DNA from: Mobula hypostoma
Lineage: Eukaryota
Length of the DNA: 64,000 nucleotides
Reading direction: 5' to 3'
Assembly (NCBI RefSeq): GCF_963921235.1
Contig: NC_086097.1
Location: 202,556,001-202,620,000 of the forward strand
Below, in pieces: positions 12,330 to 25,129 of this stretch (positions are counted from its first letter, which is position 1; each line of letters opens with the position of its first letter). The notes beneath the pieces are model-generated. The model was not told the DNA's origin. It was given only the letters and a program-made list of their open reading frames with translations, and searched no databases. The position numbers and the translations under genes were made by a program.

Positions 12330-12685
12330 GTGTAGAGGAATGAGGTGTTTGTGCAGAGGTATATAAAATTGAGGGGTAGAGATGGATGAATGCACAGTCT
12401 TTTTCCCGGAGCTGGGGACTCTTGAGCTAGAAGGCAAAAGTTTAAGGTGAGATTTAATGGGAACCTGAGGGGGACCGTTTTCATCCAGAAAATGGTCAGT
12501 ATATGGAATAAGCTGCTAGAAGAAGTGGTTGTGGCAGGCACATTAAAGACATTTGAAAGGTACAGGATAGAAAGGGTTTTGGGAGATATGGGCCAAAGTT
12601 GGGCAATTGAGATGAACTTGAATCTTGATTGGCATGGACCATTTGGGTTGAATAGTGTTCTTCTGTGCTGTATGACTCTAACTTG
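12330..12685 (+). mobile_element. CR1 LINE 3' end
   Basis: VFIQKMVSIWNKLLEEVVVAGT is the CR1 ORF2 C-terminus, followed by the ctgtgctgtatgactcta tail. Confidence 0.75.
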
Positions 12686-15267
12686 AAAGCATTCACTTTA
12701 AAACATTAACGTGCATCGCTGACAATTTTACATGAAAGTTGGCACACTTTCAAGTTCCATTAGCTTTATTAAAGTGCAAATTCTGACATTTCATAAATAA
12801 AGCTAAGTGCATTTGTACATGTTTTAAATATGGCACATTCATTTCTGGTGCTAGTGACCTAGTAGGAAGCAGATTGAATTTAGATATTTTTGTGCAGCTC
12901 TAAAGATTATAAACTTGAATAAGCTTGAACGTTGTGTAATATTGTACCCCCAGTACATCCCTGGAAGTGTTGGTTGTTAACACGAATAGTGCATTTCACT
13001 GTGTGTTTTGATGTACATAAGATAAATTAATCTAAATCTGAGTTGGGTCTACAGCATTAAATAGTTTTAAGAATTGACTTGTAAAGGTTTTGAGCATGGA
13101 AAAAGGTACTGTGTATGGTATTATATAGAAAGAACAAAACTGCTAGATGAGATGTTGCTGTTCTCACCCCTCTCTGCAGCTTAAAAGGTACGTTGTATTC
13201 TCAATTTTTCAGTTTTAAGAATCTTTGATCTGAAATGTTAACTGTTTCTCTTTTCACAGGTGATGCTTAACTTGCTGATTCCAGAATTATTTTTTGTTTT
13301 TATTTACCGCAAGCTCAAGGCCTAATGTTTCCCCTCCCCCCTCTGCTTTTAATCTATAGTATGTGTGCCTTGCCTTTTTTAGCTGCCCATGTTGCAACTC
13401 TGATGGGGTTAATATCTTTATTCAGTGTGCAAAGTCTTTTCTAAGATGCACACAATCTTCGTTCTTGTGTGGAAATAGTTCACGATTGAGAGTCCTTGCA
13501 CAACATCCACCCAATGCACCATTTTGGATGTTGTAGAATTTAAGCCCATCTCTGCAATATCATGACCATCTGGGTATTTGATAACAGGTTATTAGGTTTT
13601 ACTATCAAATGTCATATTCTCTTAGAGTTGTAAAGCATAGTAACGGGTCTTTTGGCCCATTAACTTTGATTTACCCACTTTACTGGCTTTAACACATTGG
13701 TGGCTCAGCTACTTGCCTGGGTGTATCTTAAACGTTGTAAGAGTCATACCTCCACTACCTCTTCAGTTGGTACATTCCAGACTCCAACCATTCTCTGTGG
13801 TGGGGGAAAAATCCCCCTCAGTCCCCCACTAAAGCTTACCCCTCCCCCCCACCATTAAGGGAAAAGAATTTTACTATCTACTCCCCTTAATTTTGTATAA
13901 CCTCTTATCAGGACACACCTTAGCCTCCATTCCAAGGAAAACAAACCTAGTTAGAATCTTTTCTTACAGCTGTAATGCTTCAACCCTGGTGAATGTCCTC
14001 TGCACCCACTCCAGCATAATCACATCCTTCCTCCAGTTTGATCAGACTTAAACATTTCTGAATAATCCATGTTCATTATTCATTTCTACACTATTTTTGT
14101 AACATACAGTAATTTTTATGCCTTGCAATGTATTGCTGCTACAAAACAACAAATTTCACGTCAGTAATAATAAATCTGATTCTGAAAAACGCCTTTAGAT
14201 GTTTTACCTGTACAGATGAAAGATGTGCTAAATGTATGGTATTATTAATTTAAGACAATTTTAAATTTATCAAACCAAAAATTTCTGCACATGGCAGTTC
14301 ATTTCATCGAGATATTTAAGTACCTTGGGTTTTCTGAGGGGTGAAAAATGAAAATTTGCAGGAAATTTCTGCATGTATGTCCACTTAAAAAAAATTGTTC
14401 TATTGCAAGTTGAAGGACTGAAAGCTCCATTTTGTAGCTTCAACATCATGCACAGTTGGAATTAATGCTGAGGATGTCATTTGTAAATACGATCTTTTAT
14501 CTTTAATTGGTGGATACATTGAAATTCGGATTTTAGCATTCTTGGTTACCAGCATATCAGGTGCAGCATTTGTTAAAGATTGTGGTATGTGTGACTCAAA
14601 TCAGAGTGTATGCAAAACACTGACTGGAAGCAGAAGCCAGAAATGGCATAACAGATATAGGGAGGTTGTAGAAACTAAGGTGACTTTGTATCGTTGCTTT
14701 AAGATTAATTTTTGTAGGACAGGACAGTGTGAAGTACATAATTGGCTGCACTCCAATAAGAGATGCCAATTTCAAACAGCTAGTGTTATACTCCAATATT
14801 CAGGATATAAAATGGATACTGTATCTTCCATATATACTTATGTTTACTGTGCTTCATTCTTTGGGGAAGGCTGCGTTTGTACAACAACGTGTAGTAGGGA
14901 TAGAATCATTTGAATACAGATTGGGAGCTATAGAATCTTATATTTGGAATTTACTAATCAATTTCCTATAGCTCTGCACAGAAAATAAACCCCAGAAATA
15001 GATTTTAAGCTGAAGTAGGAGAAAATGGACTAGTACAAGAAATAACAAAGTAAGTTCACATCCCAAATTTACAAGTTGCTACAATTCATATTTCTTCAAT
15101 TTTGAATTACTACACGTAAATGGTGATTTGGAGAACACGGGTGGTTTGAACAAGCTGAGGATGCCATGGTCGGGAGCAGGAAATGGAAATTGGTGCTGCA
15201 AGTTACATAGGCAGTTTCCATTATAAAGATAGATGTAGACATTTTCAGTGCACCACTATAATAATTT

Positions 15268-15745
15268 AGTAGTAGTGGTAGACCTCCGTCGGTCGGAGTT
15301 GATCATAGATATTGCATCCTAGCTGTCTCGATACGCAAGCCACAAACTGTTGCCCATGTAGCAAGCTCTCCTTCTCCATGCATCTGATGAATCCAAAGGA
15401 TTGGCAGAGGCCGATACAGTTTGGCACCAGCAGTGTCGCAGGAGTTGCCAGTCAACGTAGGACTGCCTTTGGGACTCCAGCTCCGAAATTTTCTCTCAGA
15501 GTTTACACCCGAAGCCGTCCCCATGAGTGGATATGGCCGCAAAGCAGCGGAGGTTTGAGATTAGATTTTTCCTTCTCCTAGATGACCTGTCAACCAAGGC
15601 GAGCGAACCCCATCTGTCCGAAGCGACTGGTGCTAAGGCTCCAGTAACCCACCTTTGCCCCTTCCCCTGTCAGTAGAAACAATACTGCCGGCCTTAGTAG
15701 CTGAGCCGCACGTGAAGGCAAGGAGCTGGATTTGGTTGTCAGAGG
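15268..15745 (-). mobile_element. Non-coding SINE-like repeat, copy 2
   Basis: Reverse-complement homolog of 8445-9015, ending in a short (cta)n tail. Confidence 0.7.
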
Positions 15746-15817
15746 AACCAACTGTAATAATGAAGTTCTAGATAACTAGTACAGAGTTTTTAATTACAAA
15801 ATCAATTTAGATATGTG

Positions 15818-17441
15818 CAGTGGCATGGAAAGGTTTGGGCACCCCTGGTTAAAATTTCTGTTACTGTGAATAGTTAAGTGAGTAGAAGACGAACTGATCT
15901 CCAAAAGTCATAAAGTTAAAGACGAAACATTCAATATTTTAAGTAAGATTAATGTACTATTTTTGTTTTGTACAATTTTAGAGTGGGGAAAAAAGGAAAG
16001 GAGCACCATGCAAAAGTTTGGGCACCCCAAGAGATTTGAGCTCTCAGATAACTTTTACCAAGGTCTCAGACCTTAAATAGCTTGTTAGGGCTATGGCTTG
16101 TTCACAGTCATCATTAGGAAAGGCCAGGTGATGCAAATTTCAAAGCATTATAAATACTCTGACTCCTCAAACCTTGTCCCAACAATCAGCAACCATGGGC
16201 TCCTCTAAGCAGCTGCCTAGCGCTCTGAAAATTAAAATAAATGATGCCCACAAAGCAGGAGAAGGCTATAAGAAGATAGCAAAGCGTTTTCAGGTAGCCA
16301 TTTCCTCAGTTCGTAATGTAATTAAGAAATGGCAGTTAACAGGAACGGTGAAGGCTAAGTTGAGGTCTGGAAGACCAAGAAAACTTTCCGAGAGAACTGC
16401 TTGTCGGATTGCTAGATAGGCAACTCAAAACTCCCGTTTGACTGCAAAAGGCCTTCAGGAAGGTTTAGCAGACTCTGGAGTGGTGATGCACTGTTCTACT
16501 GTGCAGCGACACCTGCACAAATATGACCTTCATGGAAGAGTCTTCAGAAGAAAACCTTTCCTGCATCCTCACCACAAATTTCAGTGTCAGAAGTTTGCAA
16601 AGGAACATCTAAACAAGCCTGATGCATTTTGGAAACAAGTCCTGTGGACTGAGGAAGTTAAAATAGAATTTTTTGGCCGCAATGAGCAAAGGTATATTTG
16701 GAGGAAAAAAGGTGCAGAATTTCATGAAAAGAACCCCTCTCCAACTGTTAAGCACAGGGGTGGATCGATCATGCTTTGGGCTTGTGTTGCAGCGGGGAAC
16801 ATTTCACTGGTAGAGGGAAGAATGAATTCAATTAAATACAAGCAAATTCTGGAAGCAAACATCATACTGTCTGTAAAAAAAAAGCTGAAGATGAAAAGAG
16901 TATGGCTTCTACAACAGGGTAATGATCCTAAACACCTTAAAATCCACAATGGACTACCTCAAGAGGCACAAGCTGAAGGTTTTGCCATGGCCCTCACAGT
17001 CCCCCGACCTAAACATCATCGAAAATGTGTGGATAGACCTCAGAAGAGCAGTGCATGCAAAACCGCCCAAGAATCTCACAGAACTAGAAGCCTTTTGCAA
17101 GGAAGAATGGGCGAAAATCCCCCAAACAAGAATTGAAAGACTCTTAGCTGGCTGCAGAAAGTGTTTACAAGCTGTGATCCTTGCCATAGGGGGTGTTACT
17201 AAGTACTGACCATGCAGGGTGCCCAAACTTTTCCTTCAAGCCCTTTTCCTTTTTTGTTATTTTGAAACTGTAAAAAATGGAAATAAAAAAGTAATCTCGC
17301 TTAAAATATTAAAGAAATGTGTCATCTTTAACTTTTATGCCTTTTGGAAATCAGGTCATCTTTTACTTTATACTTTACTCGCTTAGCTATTCACAGTAAC
17401 AGAAATTTTGACCGGGGTGCCCAAACTTTTGCATGCCACTT
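15818..17441 (+). mobile_element. Tc1/mariner transposon, IR/DR type, full length (~1.62 kb)
   Basis: Left end cagtggcatggaaaggtttgggcacccctgg is complementary to right end ccggggtgcccaaacttttgcatgccactt. Long (~210-bp) TIRs with inner direct repeats at about 16007-16028 and 17217-17232. TA on the right flank, TG on the left. Confidence 0.95.
16195..17209 (+). pseudogene. Tc1 transposase pseudogene
   Basis: Paired-like HTH with GRPRK motif, and the WPSQSPDLNIIE motif. In-frame TAG at 16417-16419, frameshift near 16935, and catalytic motifs altered (WTEE for WTDE, QQGND for QQDND). Confidence 0.93.
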
Positions 17442-17999
17442 TATAGTTGTAAATATTCTGTTAAAGAACTGAGTACAATTAACTCCATTACTTTCCCTCA
17501 CTGAGCTTAAATCTTTGTTCCCTTTTAGAATTGCGTGCTAGTTATTCTCGAACAGTTCAGTGATCAAACATCTTGTCTTTTAGAAACAATAATCGTACAA
17601 ATTTGAGTTTAAGTTATTATACTGTATCTAAGCAGCACGGGGTTTATAATGAGCTTTAAAATAAGATAAATTTTACCATTTTCATCCGCTTTGACCGGGG
17701 TGTGTGTGTGGCTTGTTAATTGAAGTGAATTGTTGATTGTAATTAACAAAACGTTCCGCGTTCCCATTATTATTTCTTGCATGTTTATGTGGCGACTAGT
17801 TTCCATTTAAAATTCTTAAATATTAGATTTTTAATAAGAATTGAACAAGAATATGCAAAAAATAAAGAATGTCTTTATAAACGAAAACTCCGATAAAGAT
17901 GATGAATTTTCCTTTGTGCTCACAGTGGAAGCATCTGCGTTTTTAAAACAAAAGTGCATGGTCTGCATTAAAATGTCATTCTGAGAGACGAGTCTAAGC

Positions 18000-18283
18000 A
18001 TGAGGGGTTATGCAACAAATAGAAGAGCACCTGTATTTACTCGTTTCGCTTTTGATATTGACGTGGCCCTATGCTGTCCCTGGGTGGATTGTTAGGTTCG
18101 AGGAGTTCGCTGGTTACTATGGTAAAATCATGTCACGTGACGAGGATGCCGCCGAACGTCTCCAGATTTTTCTTGTGCGTTTGACGTCAGTGCTGAGGTC
18201 AAGCAGAGCCCCGTAGTGAAGAAACGGGCTCTCTGCCGACCCGACAGCACGCACTGAGAAATTTGTAGTCTGGGATAGCACCA
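18000..18283 (+). promoter_or_regulatory. MAPRE2: MAPRE2 proximal promoter / 5' UTR
   Basis: CpG-rich stretch directly upstream of the ATG. TGACGTGG at 18059-18066, GTCACGTGAC at 18132-18141, TGACGTCA at 18182-18189. Confidence 0.7.
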
Positions 18284-18405
18284 ATGCCTGGTCCCACACA
18301 GCAAGCACTTTCCCCAAATGTTGAGAATAATAATGACATCGTTCAAGACAATGGCACCATTATTCCTTTTCGGAAGCATACAGTGAGAGGGGAGCGTTCT
18401 TACAG
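18284..18405 (+). CDS. MAPRE2: MAPRE2 (EB2) coding exon 1, EB2-specific N-terminal extension
   Basis: Translates to MPGPTQQALSPNVENNNDIVQDNGTIIPFRKHTVRGERSY, recognisable as the EB2 N-terminus. 122 nt, donor AG|gtaatg, phase 2. Not in the ORF track. Confidence 0.95.
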
Positions 18406-20759
18406 GTAATGAGAGCTCTGTAGGGATGGCTGGAAATTGCAGCAGGATGAGGAAATGCAAAGGATTACATAATAACACTGGTCTTTTAAAAGTGTTTGAG
18501 TTTTTAACTTTTAAATAAAATTTGGCTTAACAATGCATGGGATCATTGAAAATTTAGTAGAGGAAACTGCTTGTTTATCATGTCCTTGTGCTTTTTGCTC
18601 TTCCTTCCTCCCCTCCCTCTCTAGTTGTGCTAGTTCCTCCTTCTGTGCCGTTATTTCTGATAAGATGAAGTAATTATTTCTATGAAGTGGTACTGTACCA
18701 TTCCAGTTACTGACGGAGAGTCTGGGTAGAGGCGCTGAAATAAAATGCAATTAATAAACAGAAGAATAGAACCCTCCCCAGCGAATTTCAAAAAAATGGA
18801 TTCCTCAGGCTTGAGCTGCAGTTGGTATTATTAAGCAAACCAGATTGATGGAGCTTGTAAAATTCTTATAGCTGATTGGTGGAATGCCTGACTATCGAGG
18901 TCACCATGTCATGCATTCAGTGAGATTTCCTCTTGTAGCTGGCTTTTACAAAGACGCTAGATCTCCAGCACTGAGGAAATAAGAGGATATGGGCATTAAA
19001 TGCGAAATGCACTTCACGTTTAGCTATAAAACGTGTTAGTTTTCTCTTAACCGTGAAAAGCAATAACAGAACTGGTGTGTGAATCGTTATTTAGACATTT
19101 TTGTCGTGGTTGGAAGCTTCTACGTCAGTTTAAAAAAAATTGGTAGCTGGTTGCCTTTTCTCGTTAATCCTTCAGAGAAATAGATCTGCTTTGTTGGAGT
19201 AGGTGGTTATTATTTGTAATTTTTTATGCATGGAATTCGTATACTAAACTGTTAGAATACTTTTTGTCTAGCTTCAATTAAATCTCTGGCCTATGAAAAG
19301 ACCCTTTCTCAGGAAATCCAGATAGGCCTATAGTTTGCTGTTTGCATGCAATACTGGCTGATACTAATTTATATTTAAAGCAATTATTTTAATAAAATCT
19401 TTGCGATAATATATATAATATGCTAACTTTTTAATTGCAGTATTGTAATGTGAACCTGGTTTGTTTTGTTCAATGATTCAAGATGTAAAAGGGAAATTTA
19501 ACTTACAATTCTGTTTACTATTTAACAAACCTATACTCAACACTTTTGTATAGTGTCCTTTATTTTTTATCAAATACTATATAAATTGAGCAATTGCTTG
19601 TAATAATAGAATCTGATAAGATTTTCTTGAGCTATAAATGAATATACTTTTCACTCCTATTTGTAAACTTTCCTGTTAATTGCATGATACTTATGCAAAC
19701 ATTGCAAACCGTGTTCTAGATAGAGTTCAGTGTGACTGTAAGGGAAATATCAGAGTTTATAATTTTAGCAGTATTTCATACTTAATGAAGTTTTCATTAT
19801 ACATTGAAATATTTTCTGTTAATTATTTAGTACATTTTATAAAGTTGAATTTAGTCAAAGGATTCTTTTCATAATGTTATTCATACATTTCCCTTTCAGC
19901 CATGAGTCAGATTTAAGGAGGAATACCCTGAAGCTTTTCTATTCATCATTGTTTACTGAATATTACTATTAAATATATTCCTATTTTGGAATGGGGTAAA
20001 ACTGCCATTTATTTATTGTTTATCTCTATTGCCTTTGAAAATCTTTTTGTTAGCCATTCCCTTTAAGTCACTCCATCACCGTGAAGAACAGGGAATTCCA
20101 GGATTTAACCTCTGCATTAATGAAGGCAATATCATGTCAGGGTGATGTGTGACCTGGAGGTGAAACTTCAGTTGGTGTTCCCATACTCTCACTTTTATTC
20201 TCCTTGTTGGTAAAGGTTGAGGGTTTGAGAAATGCAAGTAATTGCAGTGCAGATTGCAGATGGTCATGCTACAGTCATGATGTTACTGTGGTGGGGAGAA
20301 GGAATGATTGAGGTGGTTGGTGAAATGCAATCGAATGGTGTCAAATTTTAAATGTTACTGGATTTGCATCCAGGCAAGAAGTGAGGATTCCTTCAATCTC
20401 TTGTGTTTTGAAGATTGTGGAATGAGGAGGTGAATTACTCACCAAGGGAAGACCCAGCCTTTGACTTACTCTTGTAGCCACAATATATGTAAGGCTGGTC
20501 CACTTAAGTTTCTGGTCAATAGTGACCCTCAGGATGTTTGTGGGGAGTGGTGCTTTTCACTGTATCTTGGTGTACATTTCAATAATAAACTACTATCAAT
20601 ACTATAACGGCACCCTGCTATATCTAATACAGTGGCGTTTGGGGGAAAAAAAGTAAAAGTAACTTTACAGACCTTGTTTGGAGGCATTTTGTCTATGTTG
20701 GAGATGCTTTTATTATGACAGCCTCACATTGAATTTTGAATCTTGGGTAGGAAATGTGG

Positions 20760-21330
20760 CAAACAACTTCAAGTGAAGAAGGAAAAAAATCAGAGCTCAC
20801 TGCTGCAGCTGTACAAGGTACTTGGATAGGTAATTCTGGTCAACATGCCATAGAAAGCATTTGATAGAGCTAAAAATGCAGATGAGATTCTGAGGAGGTC
20901 CTTGAATGGAGGTTTTTAATTACATGAAGAGATTGGAAATAATGGAATTGTTCTCACTGGAACATAGACTGAGGGGTGACCTGACAAAGGTTTTTAAAGT
21001 TATTGTGGGCACAGGGAGGGTATATAGTTGGTCCCTTTCCAAAAATAGAAGAGCCTAATATTAGAGGAGAGTTTAAAGTGAGAAGAGAAATGCTTAAAGG
21101 GGATCTGAGAGACACGCTTTTCTTAGAGGTTGGTGATTATGTGGAACAAGCTGCCCAAAGGAGGTAGTAGAGCTAGGTACAATCACAACATGTACATTTG
21201 GGAAGGTGCATGGATTGGAAAGGAATAGAGGGTTAGAGGTCAAATGCAGGAAAATTGGATTAGTGCAAGTGAACATCTCTGCATAGATGAGTCTGGATAA
21301 AGGGCCTGTTTTTACGCTTTGTAACTGTTC
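20760..21330 (+). mobile_element. CR1 LINE 3' fragment
   Basis: Degenerate CR1 C-terminal and 3' UTR sequence (gactgaggggtgacctga, tggaacaagctgcc). Confidence 0.6.
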
Positions 21331-23197
21331 CTATTCGAAGATGTGGGGAGGCTTGGAATTGGGATGGCTAGGGAAGCTTTCGCAATCTGTTTGGACTTCA
21401 AACTACAGTACATTTCCCACCTCTCAATAGACCTGGTCTTCCAATTCTCATCTCTGCTGTCAGGGATAATTCTCCCCCCGCTTCTCTGAGCAGTGGTTGG
21501 GGAAGTACTACTGGCTATTTTGGAAGCTCAGTAGCCCATCCATTATCCCTGTGTAGATCGTATGGGAATGATGGAAAATTGAAGGATAGCCACAGAAAAA
21601 CTCAAAAGATTTAAAAATAATATATCAATAGCTATGTTAGTAACTACCAGTGGGCTGCATAAAAATTAGTCCAGTATGAAACTGACCAACCACTATGATC
21701 TTTCAGCTGTAGTTCCAGCAAACTTCTCAGAATGTCTCTTTCTAGGGCCTTCAGTTTGTCTGATCTGAGGTTTGTGGGGGAAGAGGAAACTAGTTGAGAT
21801 CTTTCTGGGGGAGTGGTGTTTGGAACACTGCTCTTTCTAGTCTCATTCATCCTTACAGCCTAAAAATATTAATTGTAATTATCTTTGAGTTTGGATCCAC
21901 CAATCTTCATTCTGATCTCTGGTCATCTTGTCCAATCTCCTTAATTTGTGTTCATGACTGACAGCCTTAATTTTGTTTTATCTTTATTAATTGGACCACT
22001 TTTCAGTTGCATTTAAGAAGGTTGGATCCTACTTTATTTGCTTTGAAGGGGTAATGATGGTACTTTATCCCATGTTTGCAACTTCAAAGTTTAAGTGTAC
22101 TGGGAGAGGATATGGGTTGGTTAACATGGAAATAGCAAGAATTGGCTGTCTTCAAAAGAGAATTAAAGGTTATTAGTAAAACTGTTGGATATAACTTGAA
22201 GAAAAGTAATTGCAAAAATGAATTAACCAGATGAGTAGTGTGCACAACGGATATGAAATCTAAAGGAAATGAGCCCAAACGGATGAATTTTTTAAAAAAA
22301 AAGCTGCGTAAGGGATAGGAAGTGCATGAGGTGCTATGTTAGCTGATTATTGTAGCTGAGTTGGATTAATGTAAGTCTACATCATGGGTTAAAACCACCT
22401 CATGCAGTACAGTTTGGGCTTTTTTCTCCTTTTGTTGAATAGAAGCCTAATGGCTTAATTGACAAAGGAATTACTTGAATCAAAAGTGGATTTGAGGATG
22501 AAGGTTGCTAAAGTCAGTTTGTTTGTTTTCAGTCCTGTTTCCAATCCACTGGTACTTATTAGAAAATTAACGCATATGGATATTTGGGTGGATTTTGTCT
22601 CTGTGGTGTTTTTTATAGATGTGGTAGATCACTTGAAGTGGGGTTTCTTCATACTTCACAGTCTATCACCATGAGAGAAAGGCAGAGAAGTTGTAAATAT
22701 CTTCATGGTGGATCTATCTATTTGACTTGCACAAAATTTGTGACAATTTGATTGTAACGTACATTAACATTTGTTCTTCAGAGAAAAACTCAACTTTGTG
22801 ACACTAGTCCATTTCCAGTAATGTTGGACTTAATGAAACTGAGATCACAATTCCCCCAAACATTAAACATAATATGCCTGAATGCCAGACTGAAGACTTG
22901 GTAGCCATTGAATTTGTTGAACACCATCAACTAACATGCTCTGTTTTTGACCAATCTTTCTCTTTTCCTACCGTTCTGTCTGCGCTTGTTCTACAATGTA
23001 ACTATTTAGCTATGATGTAACTATTTAGTATCTTTCCTTAATTCGTAAAATCCTTTTCCTGTGGATGGATGTGAGATGTATATTTCACTTTTTGAAGTGC
23101 TTAGTGCTGCTCGTATTTTCTATTGTTTAACTGTAATACATTGTTGATCTATTGTGGCTTAATTGCCTTTTTGCTATAACTTGAATGTGTTGAAAGG

Positions 23198-24335
23198 CAG
23201 CCTTTCTCAACCTATTTGCCCTGGAGGAACCCTTGAAATAATTTTCAGGTCTCAAGGAACCCCTGCGTAAAAATTATTATCTACAGCTAGTGGTACATTA
23301 GCGTGATCAGTAAGTTCTAGATGTAATAATCTAAAAATAATTATCATGCCCATTTGAGTAAAGAATTAATTTTTAGCCAACCTTTCTTGAAAAAAAAGTT
23401 AAGCTTATCTTACCTTTCTTGAAATTAATCTTTCCTTTTCATAATTTTTTAAAAACATAATGCAAACATAATAAATTTCTCTTAAATAACTGGCTTAAAC
23501 CAAAATGAGATTTAATTTTTCTAAAGTTAGGCTTGGTAGATTTAATTTAAATAAAGGTTGTGAATTGACTTTAATTAAAAGCATTACTGTTTTGAGATTC
23601 CAACGGCCATTTAAAATAATCAGCACTTTTATGTGTCATATGGTTGTGATTTGTAGTTCAGTATCTTTTCAATTTTGCTGGAGCTGTTGCTGCATTTGTA
23701 AGTTGTTTGCCACAGACTAGGTACAATGGAATAGGGGTTAATAAAATATAAAAAAAAGGCATAATAATTAACTAAATGAGAAAACTGCAAAAAAATATGA
23801 AACCTTCACAATGTAATTCACTTCTAACCTAAGCAATCCACCTTTTGCAACAATTACAAGATAAAAGTGGCAGGCCAGTAGCTGAGTTGCGGCACGTTAA
23901 AAAAGAATTGTTTTAAAATGAAAATTTCCCTCCAATTTTCTACTACACCGGAACAGTTTGTTTGCTCCTATGAGACAGTCTACAGCGTATAAGGGGAAGT
24001 TGGGAGGGAGAAGCTGACATCACAGCCCAAGCTGGGCGAGTCCATGCAATGCTTGGAAAATGCACTTCATGCTCCCCATCAATCTACTGACTTACCCTCT
24101 GTGCAATACAGTACTCACCAATCATCAATGGCCTCTCCTGTCTTGTGTCAAAAACAGAATAAACAGTCCTACTGCGCACTGCCATATTGGGCTGAGAGAC
24201 CTCTAATGAGATTGCAAATGGAGCTGCTTGGCTACTGCCCACCACTGCAAACGCTAACATCGCGTGTAACACAAAGTTCAGAAATTGATTATTTTCAATC
24301 ACGACCTCTCGTGGAACCCCGGCTGAGAAACCCCA
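23198..24335. mobile_element. Non-autonomous hAT-like DNA transposon
   Basis: Imperfect TIRs cagcctttctcaacc / ggctgagaaacccca, subterminal ggaaccc motifs at both ends, and degenerate 8-bp TSD ttgaaagg / tccaaagg. Confidence 0.6.
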
Positions 24336-25129
24336 TCCAAAGGCATGGCCTGGAATAGTAGAATGTAGACACACTAGATTAGCTGTAGCCTTTAATTACA
24401 GAGTTGCTTTTGCATGTTATTGGCTCAGTTTGGACAATATTGCTTGACAGAAGTCAAATGTTATATCAGGTAATGTCTATTATGGAAGGTCTATTTTTTA
24501 AAACCCCAGCAAGTTAACATTACCGCTGTGATTAGGCTGACACTGCAGTACAGCCAATCCTTAGCCCAGATAATTTTAATTGAAAACCATAGAATTGCAA
24601 AATAACTTATTTTAAAACTCTGCAATGTGAACTTTGACAGCATAACCAGTCGCCAAGCACCTGACTTGCATTCAATGCACAGAGATTGCAAACAATTTTT
24701 TACATTTGAAAAATAATCCTTAATCTTTCCGCGGTGCTTGGTGAACCATGATATCCTTCAATACTTGGGTTTCTGCCATGGCATTGCTCTTGTGGCTTTG
24801 CATATTTGAATAGAGTCATGGCATTCCCAGTTGCTTCCCTTGGGCTCTTCTGAAAACTTCCATAGTTATACTTTTCCATGCTGCAAGTTACTACTTGGCA
24901 TCACTCACAAACAGATGGACCGAGTTGTTCATTTTTGATGCATCACAGGCCACCAGGAACTGTCAGGTTTTTATTGTGAGACAATTTGCTTGACCTTGTG
25001 GGATATTCCCATTTTCGACTACTAGAGCTGAAATCTACAATCACAGGCACTTCAGTGAACAGCATTGTTTTAAAACATCTTTTTAAAACTCTATCGATAC
25101 TCAAAATTGACGGATCCTGGAATACAGAC

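Noticed and set aside
13245..13265. Strong-looking acceptor ttttcacag|gt as an extra MAPRE2 exon
   Set aside because: It lies in a decayed repeat remnant with no convincing downstream donor or coding match.
18010..18216. 68-aa ORF or uORF upstream of MAPRE2
   Set aside because: It overlaps promoter motifs, the TSS is unknown, and there is no homology evidence.
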